A DNA stretch of 64,000 nucleotides, taken from the NCBI GenBank assembly GCA_963975425.1, contig CAXBGS010000004.1, forward strand, positions 525,953-589,952, read 5' to 3'. Below are positions 45,548-55,511 of this stretch, piece by piece. Source of the DNA: an uncultured Pirellulaceae bacterium (GTDB lineage: Bacteria; Planctomycetota; Planctomycetia; Pirellulales; Pirellulaceae). Under the pieces are notes generated by a model that made no database searches, was not told the origin of the DNA, and saw only the letters and a program-made list of their open reading frames with translations. The first letter of the stretch is position 1. Each line of letters opens with the position of its first letter. The position numbers were made by a program, and so were the translations under genes.

Positions 45548-46885
45548 ATGACGGGTCGAAAACGAAACGATAACCACCGCCGATGCGATGGCGTGCGCCG
45601 TCGTGATGTCTTGCATGTCGGCGGATTGACGGCCCTGGGTGTGAACCTGGCCGATTGGATTGGTATCCGCAGTGCTAGCGCGGACCAGCCACAGACGAAA
45701 GCCACATCTTGCATCCTGATTTGGCTAGACGGCGGCCCCAGTCACCTGGAAACGTTTGATCTGAAACCGGATGCGCCGAAAGAGGTCCGTGGCCCCTTCA
45801 GCCCAATTGCCACGAGCGTTCCAGGGATTTCGATTAGCGAGCATATGCCCGAAACAGCCAAGATGATGGACAAGATCGCATTGGTGCGATCGATGACATC
45901 GACGCTGGGCGAACATAATTTCGCAAGCCACTATATGCTGACCGGTTACAAGCCGACTCCCGCGTTGGTGTACCCCGGCATGCCATCGGTTGTCACGCAT
46001 CTTGACGATGGCGGCGCGGCGATTCCGGCAAACGTGGCGTTGCAACGTCCCAACGCCATGTCGGGGCCAGGATACCTCTCGGGAAATACGTCGCCGTTCG
46101 TCGTGCAGGGCGATCCATCCAAGCCAGACTTTCATGTTCAAGACCTGACGTCGTCTTCGATGTTGCCCGAAATGAGACACACTCGTCGCCGCCGTTTGCG
46201 AGACGCCGTCGACGATTTCTCTCGAGGGTTCGAGCTTGCCGCGTCCGCATCGAATCCGTCGACATCGTTCGACCAAGCCTATGATTTGATCGCTTCCCAA
46301 CAAGCCCGCCAAGCGTTTGACCTGGAGCAAGAACCCTCGGCACTGCGTGCCAAGTACGGACGACACACCCTCGGTCAAAGTTGCCTGATGGCGCGGCGAC
46401 TGATCGAAGCGGGAACGAAATTCGTCACCGTGACGGACCGCGGCTGGGATACACACGAACAACTCTACACGCGTCTTAAGGAAGGCTATACCGGCGGCAG
46501 CGTGGGCAAAATCCCAAAACTCGACACAGCCTTTTCCGCTCTGGTGGCGGATTTGTCCCATCGCGGTTTGTTGGATTCAACAATGGTGATTGTGATGGGC
46601 GAGTTCGGCAGGACACCGAAGTTGAATCCGCGTGGCGGCCGCGATCACTGGCCTCGCGCGTTCAGCGTCGCTTTGGCCGGAGGCGGAATCCGCGGCGGAC
46701 AAGTGGTCGGCAAATCCGATGCCCACGGCGAACGTCCGGCCGAGCGACCGGTCACCCCCGCCGATTTGGCTCGCACGATCTACAACCAGATCGGAATCGA
46801 TCCGGACCAAGAACTGCATACCGCCGACGGCCGTCCGGTGCAAATCAACCGAGACGGTACGATGATTGACGAGCTGGTGTCGTGA
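45548..46885 (+). CDS. DUF1501 domain protein (sulfatase-like fold) with TAT signal
   Basis: RRRDVLHVGGLTALGV is a TAT motif. ILIWLDGGPSHLETFDLKPDAP and MGEFGRTPKLNPRGGRDHWPRAFSVALAGGGIRGGQVVGKSD are canonical DUF1501 blocks. Confidence 0.85.
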   Translation: MTGRKRNDNHRRCDGVRRRDVLHVGGLTALGVNLADWIGIRSASADQPQTKATSCILIWLDGGPSHLETFDLKPDAPKEVRGPFSPIATSVPGISISEHMPETAKMMDKIALVRSMTSTLGEHNFASHYMLTGYKPTPALVYPGMPSVVTHLDDGGAAIPANVALQRPNAMSGPGYLSGNTSPFVVQGDPSKPDFHVQDLTSSSMLPEMRHTRRRRLRDAVDDFSRGFELAASASNPSTSFDQAYDLIASQQARQAFDLEQEPSALRAKYGRHTLGQSCLMARRLIEAGTKFVTVTDRGWDTHEQLYTRLKEGYTGGSVGKIPKLDTAFSALVADLSHRGLLDSTMVIVMGEFGRTPKLNPRGGRDHWPRAFSVALAGGGIRGGQVVGKSDAHGERPAERPVTPADLARTIYNQIGIDPDQELHTADGRPVQINRDGTMIDELVS

Positions 46886-47889
46886 CGCAAATCAGGCATC
46901 AAACATCGCGAATCAACCGACGAACTTGGATTGCCGGTGCGGCGGCACCGTGCATTGCAGGTCTGTCCCAGGCGACCGGGGCGTTGGCAACGGAACCCGC
47001 TGTCGCCGGAACGATTGCCGCACCGATCACGTCGATCATTTTCAGTCCCGACGGATCCAAGGTATTAGCGGGATCCCAAGCGGGCGTCTCGATTCGCGAC
47101 GCGGTCACACTGAAAGAGTTTCGGCATCTTTCGGTACCGATGGACAATGTTCACGATCTTCGATTCACGCCCGACGGCAGTCTGTTGGCCATTGCCGGCG
47201 GCAACCCCGGTGAGCAAGGAGTCGTCCAGCTGATTGACTGGCCATCGGCAAACGTTCGCCAACAAATCCTGCATCACGACGACGTTGTTGACGGTGTGGA
47301 CTTTTGCCCGTTGAGCAAGCGTTTGGTAACGGCATCGTCAGACGAAGTCTGCGCAGTCTTTGAGATTGGATCATCGAAGCCAAACGCTCGTTTCACGGCA
47401 CATTCCAAAGCCGTGCGCAGCGTGCGTTTCTTGCCGTCGGGCGAATCGATCGTCAGTGCATCGCGCGACGAAACCTTACGGGTCTGGCAGGCGTCTGCGG
47501 GTGAAGCGATTCGGACCATGCATAACCATTCGCGAGACGTCAATGCGCTCGCACTGCGGCCGGATGAAAGCGCAGCGATGCCGATGATTGCATCCGCCTC
47601 AGCCGATTTGACCATTCGATTCTGGCAGCCAACGATCGGTCGCATGGTCCGCTTTGCGCGCGTCCCTAGCGAACCCCTGTCGATTCAGTGGAGCGCGACC
47701 GCCGACGCATTGATCGCGGGTTGTGCTGACGGAACGGTGCGACACATCGATCCAGTCGGCGTGAAAGTGCTGGGCCAGCAGAATCTTTCAACATGCTGGT
47801 TGCACGCCCTGGCTGTCGACCCAAAAATCGCCGGCCACATCGTGGCGGGCACGGCCGACGGAAAGATCGTCGCAGCGACTGGTATGTGA
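46882..47889 (+). CDS. WD40/beta-propeller repeat protein with TAT-like signal, third gene of the DUF1549-1553/DUF1501 operon
   Basis: The GTG start overlaps the DUF1501 stop (GTGA). TSRINRRTWIAGAAAPCIAGLSQATGALA is a signal. Repeated WD-like units read SIIFSPDGSKVLAGSQAGVSIRD, DLRFTPDGSLLAIAGG and SVRFLPSGESIVSASRDETLRVWQ. Confidence 0.7.
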   Translation: MTQIRHQTSRINRRTWIAGAAAPCIAGLSQATGALATEPAVAGTIAAPITSIIFSPDGSKVLAGSQAGVSIRDAVTLKEFRHLSVPMDNVHDLRFTPDGSLLAIAGGNPGEQGVVQLIDWPSANVRQQILHHDDVVDGVDFCPLSKRLVTASSDEVCAVFEIGSSKPNARFTAHSKAVRSVRFLPSGESIVSASRDETLRVWQASAGEAIRTMHNHSRDVNALALRPDESAAMPMIASASADLTIRFWQPTIGRMVRFARVPSEPLSIQWSATADALIAGCADGTVRHIDPVGVKVLGQQNLSTCWLHALAVDPKIAGHIVAGTADGKIVAATGM

Positions 47890-48094
47890 CATTGCGTCGG
47901 CCCCGCGATACCGTGCGTCAACGCACAAGACCGATAGCGTGTGGCACGGACGGATATCTGCGTCAAGGATCAACATCGCGGCCAAGGGGCATTTGATAGT
48001 ATCATCTGTCATCTGAAATCAACCCGCAAATCGCTGCGGTCGTATCGATGCACACACCATCGACGGCACGACCGCTTTCTCATCAACAAACGCC

Positions 48095-50683
48095 ATGCCG
48101 GTCAATCAAACAGAATCCAGTTCCATTCGCGAACAGTTGCAACGTCGGGGCACGATGCGATGGATTCATTTCGTGATCGTGTTGCTTTCGCTGGCGTTGA
48201 CGGTTTTTGCCTGGTACTACTCGCGAGCCCAGCTGAACGCGAAAGTCGAAATGCAATTTGAGCGTGAAGCGGATCAAGCGGTCGAATTGGTACTCGAACG
48301 CATGCGAAAGTACGAAGAGGCCCTGCTGGCCAGCAGCGCGTTTGTGCTTTCAATCGACACTGACATAAGCCATGGCCGCTGGCGTCGCTATGTCGACCAA
48401 CTGCAAATCCATAAACGTTATCCCGGCATCAACGGTCTCGGGATCATCTACAAAATTTCTCGTGATGAGGTTCCGTCATTCCTTGCGAAACAAAGATCGC
48501 GGCGTCCCAATTTTTCAATTCATCCAGAACACGAACGCGACACGCTGTGGCCGATCACCCACATCGTCCCCGTGCGCGGCAATGAAGAAGCCGTGGGATT
48601 GGATATGTCGCACGAAGAAAACAGGCGCACCGCAGCAGAAAAATCGGAGACGACTCGTTCAAGTCAGATCACCGGACCGATCACATTGGTCCAGGATGAA
48701 CAGAGAAGTCCAGGATTCCTTTTCTATACACCGTTCTACCGATCGGGCATTGACACCAAGTCATCCCGCACCGATCCGAGCAGCAGCGAAGATCAGTTCG
48801 GCGGATTGATCTATGCACCATTCGTCATGCGAAAGCTGATGCGAGGAACGGTGCAAGAAAACAAACGGCCGATCGGCATGCGGATCCACGACGGCAAGGA
48901 TTTACTGTTCGACGAACTCGTCCCCTCGGAACCGGACTTTGACCCCCACGCCCGGTTTGAAAAAACTGTCGCGGTGCCACTTTATGGGCGCGTCTGGAAT
49001 TTCAATATCCGCTCGGGGAAATCATTCCGCGACCAAGAGTGGCTGACGCAACCGACCACAATCTTGTTGACTGGATTGTTAATCAATTCCTTGCTGATTT
49101 GGATGTTCTTTTCGATCTCGCAAGCATCACGGCAATCGCTGCAAATGGCTGACCAGCTGACCAGTGATTTGACGAAGGTCTCGTTCGCCGCAAAAGTCAA
49201 TCGCATCGGCATCTGGGACTTTAACCCCAACACGAAACAACTGCAGTGGGACGACACGATGTTTTCGTTGTACGGGTGTAAGCGAGAAACCTTTAAAAGC
49301 GATTATGAATCCTGGTACCAAACGGTGCACCCGGATGACCGTGATGACACAGTGCGGGCAATTGAAGAGGCGCTCGCCGGACGGCAACCGTTTGATGTGA
49401 TGTTCCGGGTGATTCGAGATGACGGATCGATCCGCCACGTCGGCGGCCAGGCTGTCGTCTTCCGAGATAAACTCGGAAATCCGATTCGCATGCTAGGCGC
49501 CAACACCGACGTTACCGACCGAATGCAAATGGCCGGTGAACTGGAAGACGCACGGCAATTACAAAATGCGATCCAGGATGCTGCCGCGGTCGCCATCATC
49601 GCCGTCGACTTGGAAGGCACCATCATCCACTTTAGCCCTGGTGCCGAACGAATGTTGGGATACGAAGCCGATGAAGTGGTTGGCAAGAAATCGATCCTGA
49701 TGTTTCATGACGCTCAGGAACTATCACAGTACGCAGCGAAGCGGAGCGAAGAAACTGGTCGTGCCATCGAACCTGACCTGCACGCCCTGACCGACGAAGT
49801 GATGCAGGTCAAGATTTCGCAGCACCAGTGGACCTATTTGACAAGAACGGGCGACCGCATCCCGGTCCTGGCGACCACGACCGCGATTCGAGACAAGAGC
49901 AAGCAGGTCAAAGGCTTTCTGGCGGTCGCGGCAGACATCACGGACCGTATCGATCACTTGAAACAAATCGAAGAAGCCAACATTAATCTGGCGCGCAGCA
50001 ACGATGAGCTCGCCCAGTTTGCTTACGTGGCCTCGCACGACCTGCAGGCACCGCTGCGACGCATCATCTCGCTATCCGATCTGCTGCGAGACGAGATTGC
50101 CGAGAATTTGTCCGAAGAGGGCGAGGCGTTCATGAGCAAGATCGAATCGAGTGCGGAACGCATGCGAGGATTGATCTTGGATCTGTTGGCGTACTCGCGC
50201 GTGGAATCGACTGACATTGAATTGGTTCCCTGCGACGTCAACGAGATCGTACGCTTGGCCATTGAAAACCTGTCCGAAGTGATCAACGACGTTCAAGGAA
50301 AGGTCGACGTGGGTGATATGCCGACCATTTCGGCCGACTCACAACAGTTGCTGCAACTCTTTCAAAACTTGATTGGCAATGCAATGAAATATCGCAGCGA
50401 CGCCCCACCGGAAGTTCAAGTTCGATCGCGATCCACGCCGACGCACTGGTACTTTTCGATTGCGGACAATGGCATCGGCATCGCCCCCGATTTTCGCGAA
50501 CGCGTCTTCGGTGTTTTTAAACGCCTGCACACCGACGCTGAGTTTGCGGGCAACGGAATCGGACTGGCGATTTGCAAACGTATCATTGAACGTTTCAAAG
50601 GCAATATCTGGATCAGTGATTCGGAACTGGGTGGGACGAAATTCGAGTTCCGGATCCCCAAAGACGTCGAGAAGAAGCGATAG
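48095..50683 (+). CDS. Sensor histidine kinase: periplasmic CHASE-like domain, TM, two PAS domains, HisKA, HATPase_c
   Basis: The N-terminal TM is IHFVIVLLSLALTVFAWYY. A ~280-aa extracytoplasmic domain with a CHASE-like pattern follows, then a second TM (ILLTGLLINSLLIWMFFSI). PAS 1 has WDFNPNTKQLQWDDTMFSLYG...YQTVHPDDRD. PAS 2 has AIIAVDLEGTIIHFSPGAERMLGYEADEVVGK. HisKA reads FAYVASHDLQAPLRRI. HATPase_c reads LIGNAMKYR...DNGIGIAPDFRERVFGVFKRL...GNGIGLAICKRI. Confidence 0.85.
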   Translation: MPVNQTESSSIREQLQRRGTMRWIHFVIVLLSLALTVFAWYYSRAQLNAKVEMQFEREADQAVELVLERMRKYEEALLASSAFVLSIDTDISHGRWRRYVDQLQIHKRYPGINGLGIIYKISRDEVPSFLAKQRSRRPNFSIHPEHERDTLWPITHIVPVRGNEEAVGLDMSHEENRRTAAEKSETTRSSQITGPITLVQDEQRSPGFLFYTPFYRSGIDTKSSRTDPSSSEDQFGGLIYAPFVMRKLMRGTVQENKRPIGMRIHDGKDLLFDELVPSEPDFDPHARFEKTVAVPLYGRVWNFNIRSGKSFRDQEWLTQPTTILLTGLLINSLLIWMFFSISQASRQSLQMADQLTSDLTKVSFAAKVNRIGIWDFNPNTKQLQWDDTMFSLYGCKRETFKSDYESWYQTVHPDDRDDTVRAIEEALAGRQPFDVMFRVIRDDGSIRHVGGQAVVFRDKLGNPIRMLGANTDVTDRMQMAGELEDARQLQNAIQDAAAVAIIAVDLEGTIIHFSPGAERMLGYEADEVVGKKSILMFHDAQELSQYAAKRSEETGRAIEPDLHALTDEVMQVKISQHQWTYLTRTGDRIPVLATTTAIRDKSKQVKGFLAVAADITDRIDHLKQIEEANINLARSNDELAQFAYVASHDLQAPLRRIISLSDLLRDEIAENLSEEGEAFMSKIESSAERMRGLILDLLAYSRVESTDIELVPCDVNEIVRLAIENLSEVINDVQGKVDVGDMPTISADSQQLLQLFQNLIGNAMKYRSDAPPEVQVRSRSTPTHWYFSIADNGIGIAPDFRERVFGVFKRLHTDAEFAGNGIGLAICKRIIERFKGNIWISDSELGGTKFEFRIPKDVEKKR

Positions 50684-50867
50684 TGCCGACAACCGCCAAT
50701 GCCGATCAAGCCACGCATTTTACGTACTGTCGCCGACTTCCAGAATCTGTTAGATAAGACATCTCAGTGGGATTATCGGCGGAAATTTATGCTGAGCAGA
50801 CATTGCGTTATTACAAATTCAGCAAATAGCCGAACGCCAGTCATGGGGCGTCGTACGGGAGAGACAA

Positions 50868-51260
50868 GTGGAAAAGCCGATTCAATTAGCGATGTTGATC
50901 GACGACAGCGACATCGACAACATGCTTCACACGCGTACGCTGAAAAAATCAGGCTTGGTCGAGCACGTCATTGCATTCGAATACGCCGAAGAGGCCTTGA
51001 AATTTCTAAGCAAAGGCGAGCACGGTGTTGACGTGATCTTTCTTGATATCAACATGCCTCGCATGGACGGCTTTGAGTTCTTGGCGGCCTATAGCGAATT
51101 GAAGAATCAGCAAGCAACCACGATCGTGACGATGTTGTCGACGTCGAGCAATCCGACCGACGAAGACCGTGCGAAAAGCTTCTCGTCGGTTGCGATGTAC
51201 CATGCCAAACCGTTGACGACCGAAGCCGTCCAAATGGTCGTCGACGAGCACTTCTCGTAA
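50868..51260 (+). CDS. Single-domain response regulator (CheY-like receiver)
   Basis: LAMLIDDSDIDNMLHTRTLKK (DD pair), VIFLDINMPRMDGFEFL (phospho-acceptor D) and TIVTMLSTS...K (conserved T/K) are present. It has no output domain. GTG start at 50868. Confidence 0.75.
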   Translation: MEKPIQLAMLIDDSDIDNMLHTRTLKKSGLVEHVIAFEYAEEALKFLSKGEHGVDVIFLDINMPRMDGFEFLAAYSELKNQQATTIVTMLSTSSNPTDEDRAKSFSSVAMYHAKPLTTEAVQMVVDEHFS

Positions 51261-51405
51261 GTATCTCGTCACGTCGCGTAAGTATCACGGGCAAGCACGC
51301 GTCGATCGGCCACGCGCCGATGTGTGCCGACGCCTCGTTGACAAGTAACCATCCGCGAAAAACTGGGTCAACAAAAAACGCAACCTGTCCAAGTGCATGA
51401 TTTGG

Positions 51406-54400
51406 TTACGATCCGTCGCCAGTGTGCTTATTTTTATTGGCTTTACGTTTCGCTTCTAAGAGACGTTCGGTGTAGCTTTTTTCGTTCGCCGGACCGACGG
51501 CGGGCTTGTCTTTTTCGGCAAGCGGCTTTGCAGCGGTGGGTTGGTCCAAGTCGACGGCCGAATCCACCGACGTGGGTTCGAATCGCACGCTAGCCCGGCG
51601 TTTCTGCAGCGATTCGTCCATGGCGTCTTTCTGTCGTTTCAGGGCATCCAACCGCGCCGTCACCGTTGCCTCTGTGTTTTCATCACGGCCGGTGAATTTC
51701 TTGATCGATCGGCCTAGCCAGTCGAAATTGATGGCGACACGACGCACAAAGACGTCGGCCAGAAACAGGCAGCATCCGCTCAACACAAACCAAGGCCACG
51801 CATCCTTGATGCTTCGCGCCAACGCCAATCCGCCACGAAACGCGTTGGCGTTGACTAAATCCTCGGACGGTTCTTCGTCCAAGGGCGACGTGACGATTCC
51901 GGTTTCGCCGCCCCGAGGTGCAATCGATGCTAGCGCCTCCAGCAGCGCCTCATTGGATTCCCGCACACGAAACTCTTCGCTGTACGGCACCGTGACTCCA
52001 GTCGTCAGAGGAGCCGCGCCGGGACCCGGCAAGACGTTCACAAAGTAACTGCCGGCCGACTCACTGGGAAACGAACCGACATAGCGCCCGGGGGCGGTTT
52101 GACGCATACGCAGCGGCAGCGGCTTTAAGTCTGGGCCGAGTGCCGAGGCGTTCATGTCCAGAAAATTCAGGAACGAGTCATCTTTGTCCAGTGCGTTGAC
52201 GACGACTTGCACTTCGCCGCCACGCACCTGCGTTGCGATCGAAAACTTTCCCGTGTCGCCGGTCGGGCGCATCAACCAACGCACCAACTGGCTATAGAAC
52301 TTGTCATAGCCTTCCCATGCGGTCCAGTCTTCCGCCCAGCGCGCGCCGGCGTCGGTCGTCATTACGGCGGTGCGGCCCAGTCCATACGTCCAGGCGGCCA
52401 GGATCGTTGCGTTTTCCGGCGTGTCCGGTTTAGGCGATTGGATCAATACTTGGGCAAGCGGGCTATCCTTGGTCTGGGTAAGCACGAATCCGTTGATGTT
52501 CGGCAACACACGCGGCACGCCATCCAACAGCGCGTGGGGAAAGATGACTTCGGGGGTGGCACCGCCATCGGGTTCGTAAACCAAAGGCCTGGCAACCCGA
52601 CGGGCTTCGCGCTGAAAGATTTTTGGCAAGGCGCGACCGGATTGCACGTAGTAGTATTCGCCGCCCGTTGCCGACGCGATGTTTTGCAGACGCCGGCTTT
52701 CGGTCATGCCGTGCGTTGCAACGCCAACAGTGCTGATGGTGATATTATTCGTTTTAAAGGCATTGATCGTCGTCGGCGATGGATTGCTGGGGTCGCCGTC
52801 GCTAATGATGATGCAGTGTTTGATCGACGCGGGTGTTCGTGCCAGCCCGGCCACCGCCATCCGCATCGCGGGATCAAACTGCGGCATGTCGCCGGGCGTC
52901 ATCCGCCCGACCGCAGCGAGCATCGCTTTGCGATTCGGCCCGACTTCCAACAGTCCCGCCTTTCCGCCCCACATCCATGCGTCACCGTTGCGCGTCCAGT
53001 GCAGCAGGCCGGCGTAGTCGGCCGGACCGAGCTGATCGATAGCCGTACGCGCGATCACTTTTTGCCAGTGATTTCCGTCGGCCATTTCACTGGCGTGCAT
53101 GATTAGCGCCAGCGCCCCGACCGCCTGAATTTTCGTGTTGCGTATTTTAAAATCGACCGGCATCGCCTTTTCGAGATTCGTGCCTGTCCAACCGCCTGCA
53201 CCAAGCGCTTCGGGACCACCGATCATTAACAGCCCAGCACCAAGCTGTTGAGTGTTGGTGACCAACATGTCGATTTGTGCATCGGTAAACGACGATATTT
53301 TCTCTTGGCTTTCGCCCGAGACCCGCGCGACACCGGCAAGGATGACTGCGTCGTATGCTTGCAGTTCGGCCAACGACCCGAACAATTCATCGCTCATCTG
53401 CGAGACGACTTCGATATTCGCATCTCGCAGCGTATCGATCATCAAATCAAAGTCGCCCGCATTGGCGCGGTCTTCGATCAACAGCACTCGGCCTTTGCCG
53501 CGGACGTAGGTATAGGCGGTTGCGCTGTTGTTTTGAGCGATTCCGTCACCGCTTTCGGCATCGGGCACGAATTCGGCTTCATAGGTGTAAGGTGCCGGCT
53601 GTTCGATTTGGTGACGCAGCGGGAAAACGTTCTTGCCCGCATCCAACGTGATGGGTTCTTCCAGCAACAACGACTCTTCGCCAGCAACCTTTTGCTTGAC
53701 CCGCAACTTTCCCTTGACGGGACCTTTGGCGTTCGCATCGGCATAGTTGGTCAGCACCACACGAGCTTCAAACGGTTGCCCTTTGCGGATGTCATTGGGC
53801 AGATCGATTTTGTCGACAAGGACTTCGTTGGTCGACTCTAATTTTACCGGCACCACGTCGATGCCGATTCCCGACTCGGCAATTCGCTTGGCCAGTTTCC
53901 TGGCTTGTCCGATGTTCTCGTTGCCGTCGGTGACGATCACGATACGGCGCGACGTGTCCTCGGGCATTGACGCTTGGGCAAGTCCCAGTGCGGATTCCAG
54001 ATTCGTCGCATCGGTGCCGTCGGGTAACCCTTCCAGTCGACGCACCATGATTTCATCGTCATACGGCGGCAGTTCGATCGATGCGTCACGGCCAAAGACA
54101 ATGATGCCGGCTCGATCTTCGCGAACACGATCGCGGTGTCGACGAACGTTCCGTGTGACATAGTCCAGCATCACTTGACGCTTTGCCAGTGGGATGCTTT
54201 CGGATTGATCCAACAAGTACATCACGGTGACGCGGTCGCTGACCCACACCATTTGGACGCCCGCCAGGGCAAAGACGATCGCGGTCCAAACCAGCGTCCT
54301 GAATGTCAACGCAAACCAGCGACGCACTGGCCCCAGAGCCGCCAACGATCCGAACCCGATCCACCACAAAATCGGCAACCCCAACATCAGCCACAAGTAG

Positions 54401-54438
54401 CCGGGATGGTCGAAACCGAGTCGGAAGGGAAGGCTCAT
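51406..54438 (-). CDS. BatA-like N-terminal / von Willebrand factor A (VWA) domain membrane protein, 1010 aa
   Basis: It has N-terminal TM helices with BatA_N-like HPGYLWLMLGLPILWW. VWA MIDAS elements are VMYLLDQSESI (DxSxS) and IVIVTDGNEN. A second VWA-like block reads IIISDGDPSNPS ... ATGGEYYYV. There is a C-terminal TM (WPWFVLSGCCLFLADVFV). Its ATG overlaps the CPBP protease stop (ATGA). Confidence 0.75.
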   Translation of the reverse strand: MSLPFRLGFDHPGYLWLMLGLPILWWIGFGSLAALGPVRRWFALTFRTLVWTAIVFALAGVQMVWVSDRVTVMYLLDQSESIPLAKRQVMLDYVTRNVRRHRDRVREDRAGIIVFGRDASIELPPYDDEIMVRRLEGLPDGTDATNLESALGLAQASMPEDTSRRIVIVTDGNENIGQARKLAKRIAESGIGIDVVPVKLESTNEVLVDKIDLPNDIRKGQPFEARVVLTNYADANAKGPVKGKLRVKQKVAGEESLLLEEPITLDAGKNVFPLRHQIEQPAPYTYEAEFVPDAESGDGIAQNNSATAYTYVRGKGRVLLIEDRANAGDFDLMIDTLRDANIEVVSQMSDELFGSLAELQAYDAVILAGVARVSGESQEKISSFTDAQIDMLVTNTQQLGAGLLMIGGPEALGAGGWTGTNLEKAMPVDFKIRNTKIQAVGALALIMHASEMADGNHWQKVIARTAIDQLGPADYAGLLHWTRNGDAWMWGGKAGLLEVGPNRKAMLAAVGRMTPGDMPQFDPAMRMAVAGLARTPASIKHCIIISDGDPSNPSPTTINAFKTNNITISTVGVATHGMTESRRLQNIASATGGEYYYVQSGRALPKIFQREARRVARPLVYEPDGGATPEVIFPHALLDGVPRVLPNINGFVLTQTKDSPLAQVLIQSPKPDTPENATILAAWTYGLGRTAVMTTDAGARWAEDWTAWEGYDKFYSQLVRWLMRPTGDTGKFSIATQVRGGEVQVVVNALDKDDSFLNFLDMNASALGPDLKPLPLRMRQTAPGRYVGSFPSESAGSYFVNVLPGPGAAPLTTGVTVPYSEEFRVRESNEALLEALASIAPRGGETGIVTSPLDEEPSEDLVNANAFRGGLALARSIKDAWPWFVLSGCCLFLADVFVRRVAINFDWLGRSIKKFTGRDENTEATVTARLDALKRQKDAMDESLQKRRASVRFEPTSVDSAVDLDQPTAAKPLAEKDKPAVGPANEKSYTERLLEAKRKANKNKHTGDGS

Positions 54439-55511
54439 GCGAGTTCCGAAGTAGCGGTTGGTTCGTGCCCCGACGCGGATTCGATCCCGGTCGCAGGTTC
54501 GATCCCGGTCGCAGGTTCGATCCCGCGTGCCAGGTCACGGTCTTGATCGGAATGGCCTCGATCGGGATGGCCATACAAAACAGAGGCGGCGATCACCACT
54601 GCGATCCCCATCATACCGAGTCCGATGATTGACAGGGAAACCATGATGGCCGGAACCGCCAAAACGTCACTTTGTTCCTCTGGCGCATAAACAACGGCGA
54701 CGACGCTGATCACGTTATTGACAAAGTGCCCGATGATCGCCGGGAAAAGGGACGCACTGCGCCACGAGACCCATCCCAGAAACATGCCCAGCGGCAGCAC
54801 GGCGATCACATGCACAAAGTCCATGTGGAAAGCAGCAAAAAGTGTTGACGCAATCAATATGCCCACGATCGGACCGGCGGATTTTGTCAATCGAGTCTGC
54901 ACATATCCACGGAACAAAAGCTCTTCGCAAATTGCCGGCGTCGCGCCGATCATCAGTGCCAGCGGGATTAAGAAACCGCTTTGGCCGTGACTGCGAAAAA
55001 CATCGGACATCATTTTCAACGATGCACTTTCGGTCATGAACTGGCCGACGATCACGGACGAAACCAAGCCCACCAACGGCGTTGCGGCAGCCGCCGCGAA
55101 CCAGGTCCAAACCGGCCAATTGCCTCGCACCAGGCCCAGCCGACGCCGGGTTTCCACCGGTGACAGCCAAGCCGCAACCAAGGCAGGCAACACCAGCATC
55201 AATTGCGGCGTCACGACCATGACGAACAAACCCACGCGTGATGCGAGCACTTCTTGCATCGCGTCGACACTCGAAAACATCGCCATCGTGATTTCGCCGT
55301 GCACCAACGCGAACGCGACCACGGTCATCACGGTGCTGGCGGCAATAAAGACGACCAACGAGGCGCACACGACGGCTAATGTCGTCCACCACCGTGGGCG
55401 TTTTGCCACGCGTGCAGGCTGGTTGATTGCCTGGCCAACGTGCGGTCCATCCGCATCATCCGTCCGCGCGGCGAGATATGGATTCGGCTCGGGTGGAAAA
55501 CTGGACGACAT
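54435..55511 (-). CDS. CPBP family intramembrane glutamic endopeptidase (CAAX protease / Abi-like)
   Basis: Motif 1 is AICEELLFRGYVQ (EExxxR). Motif 2 is FAAFHMDF (FxxxH). It has a multi-TM topology. The C-terminal soluble tail carries a (GIEPAT) repeat. Confidence 0.75.
   Translation of the reverse strand: MSSSFPPEPNPYLAARTDDADGPHVGQAINQPARVAKRPRWWTTLAVVCASLVVFIAASTVMTVVAFALVHGEITMAMFSSVDAMQEVLASRVGLFVMVVTPQLMLVLPALVAAWLSPVETRRRLGLVRGNWPVWTWFAAAAATPLVGLVSSVIVGQFMTESASLKMMSDVFRSHGQSGFLIPLALMIGATPAICEELLFRGYVQTRLTKSAGPIVGILIASTLFAAFHMDFVHVIAVLPLGMFLGWVSWRSASLFPAIIGHFVNNVISVVAVVYAPEEQSDVLAVPAIMVSLSIIGLGMMGIAVVIAASVLYGHPDRGHSDQDRDLARGIEPATGIEPATGIESASGHEPTATSELA
54477..54530 (-). repeat. In-frame 18-bp tandem repeat x3 (GGTTCGATCCCGGTCGCA on + strand) encoding GIEPAT-GIEPAT-GIESAS in the CPBP protease tail
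   Basis: There are three direct copies with 1-3 substitutions. The + strand reading contains GGTTCGATCCC, which resembles a tRNA T-loop. No cloverleaf can be drawn. Confidence 0.7.

Noticed and set aside
51261-51405. Terminator in the convergent gap between the response regulator and VWA genes
   Set aside because: Only a loose GTTGAC...GTCAAC inverted repeat with a 24-nt loop and no adjacent U-run. It is not convincing as an intrinsic terminator.
54477-54530. GGTTCGATCCC (tRNA T-loop-like) occurring in each unit of a tandem repeat
   Set aside because: No acceptor, D or anticodon stem can be formed around it. It lies in frame inside the CPBP protease ORF encoding GIEPAT repeats. It is interpreted as a coding repeat, not a tRNA or tRNA fragment.
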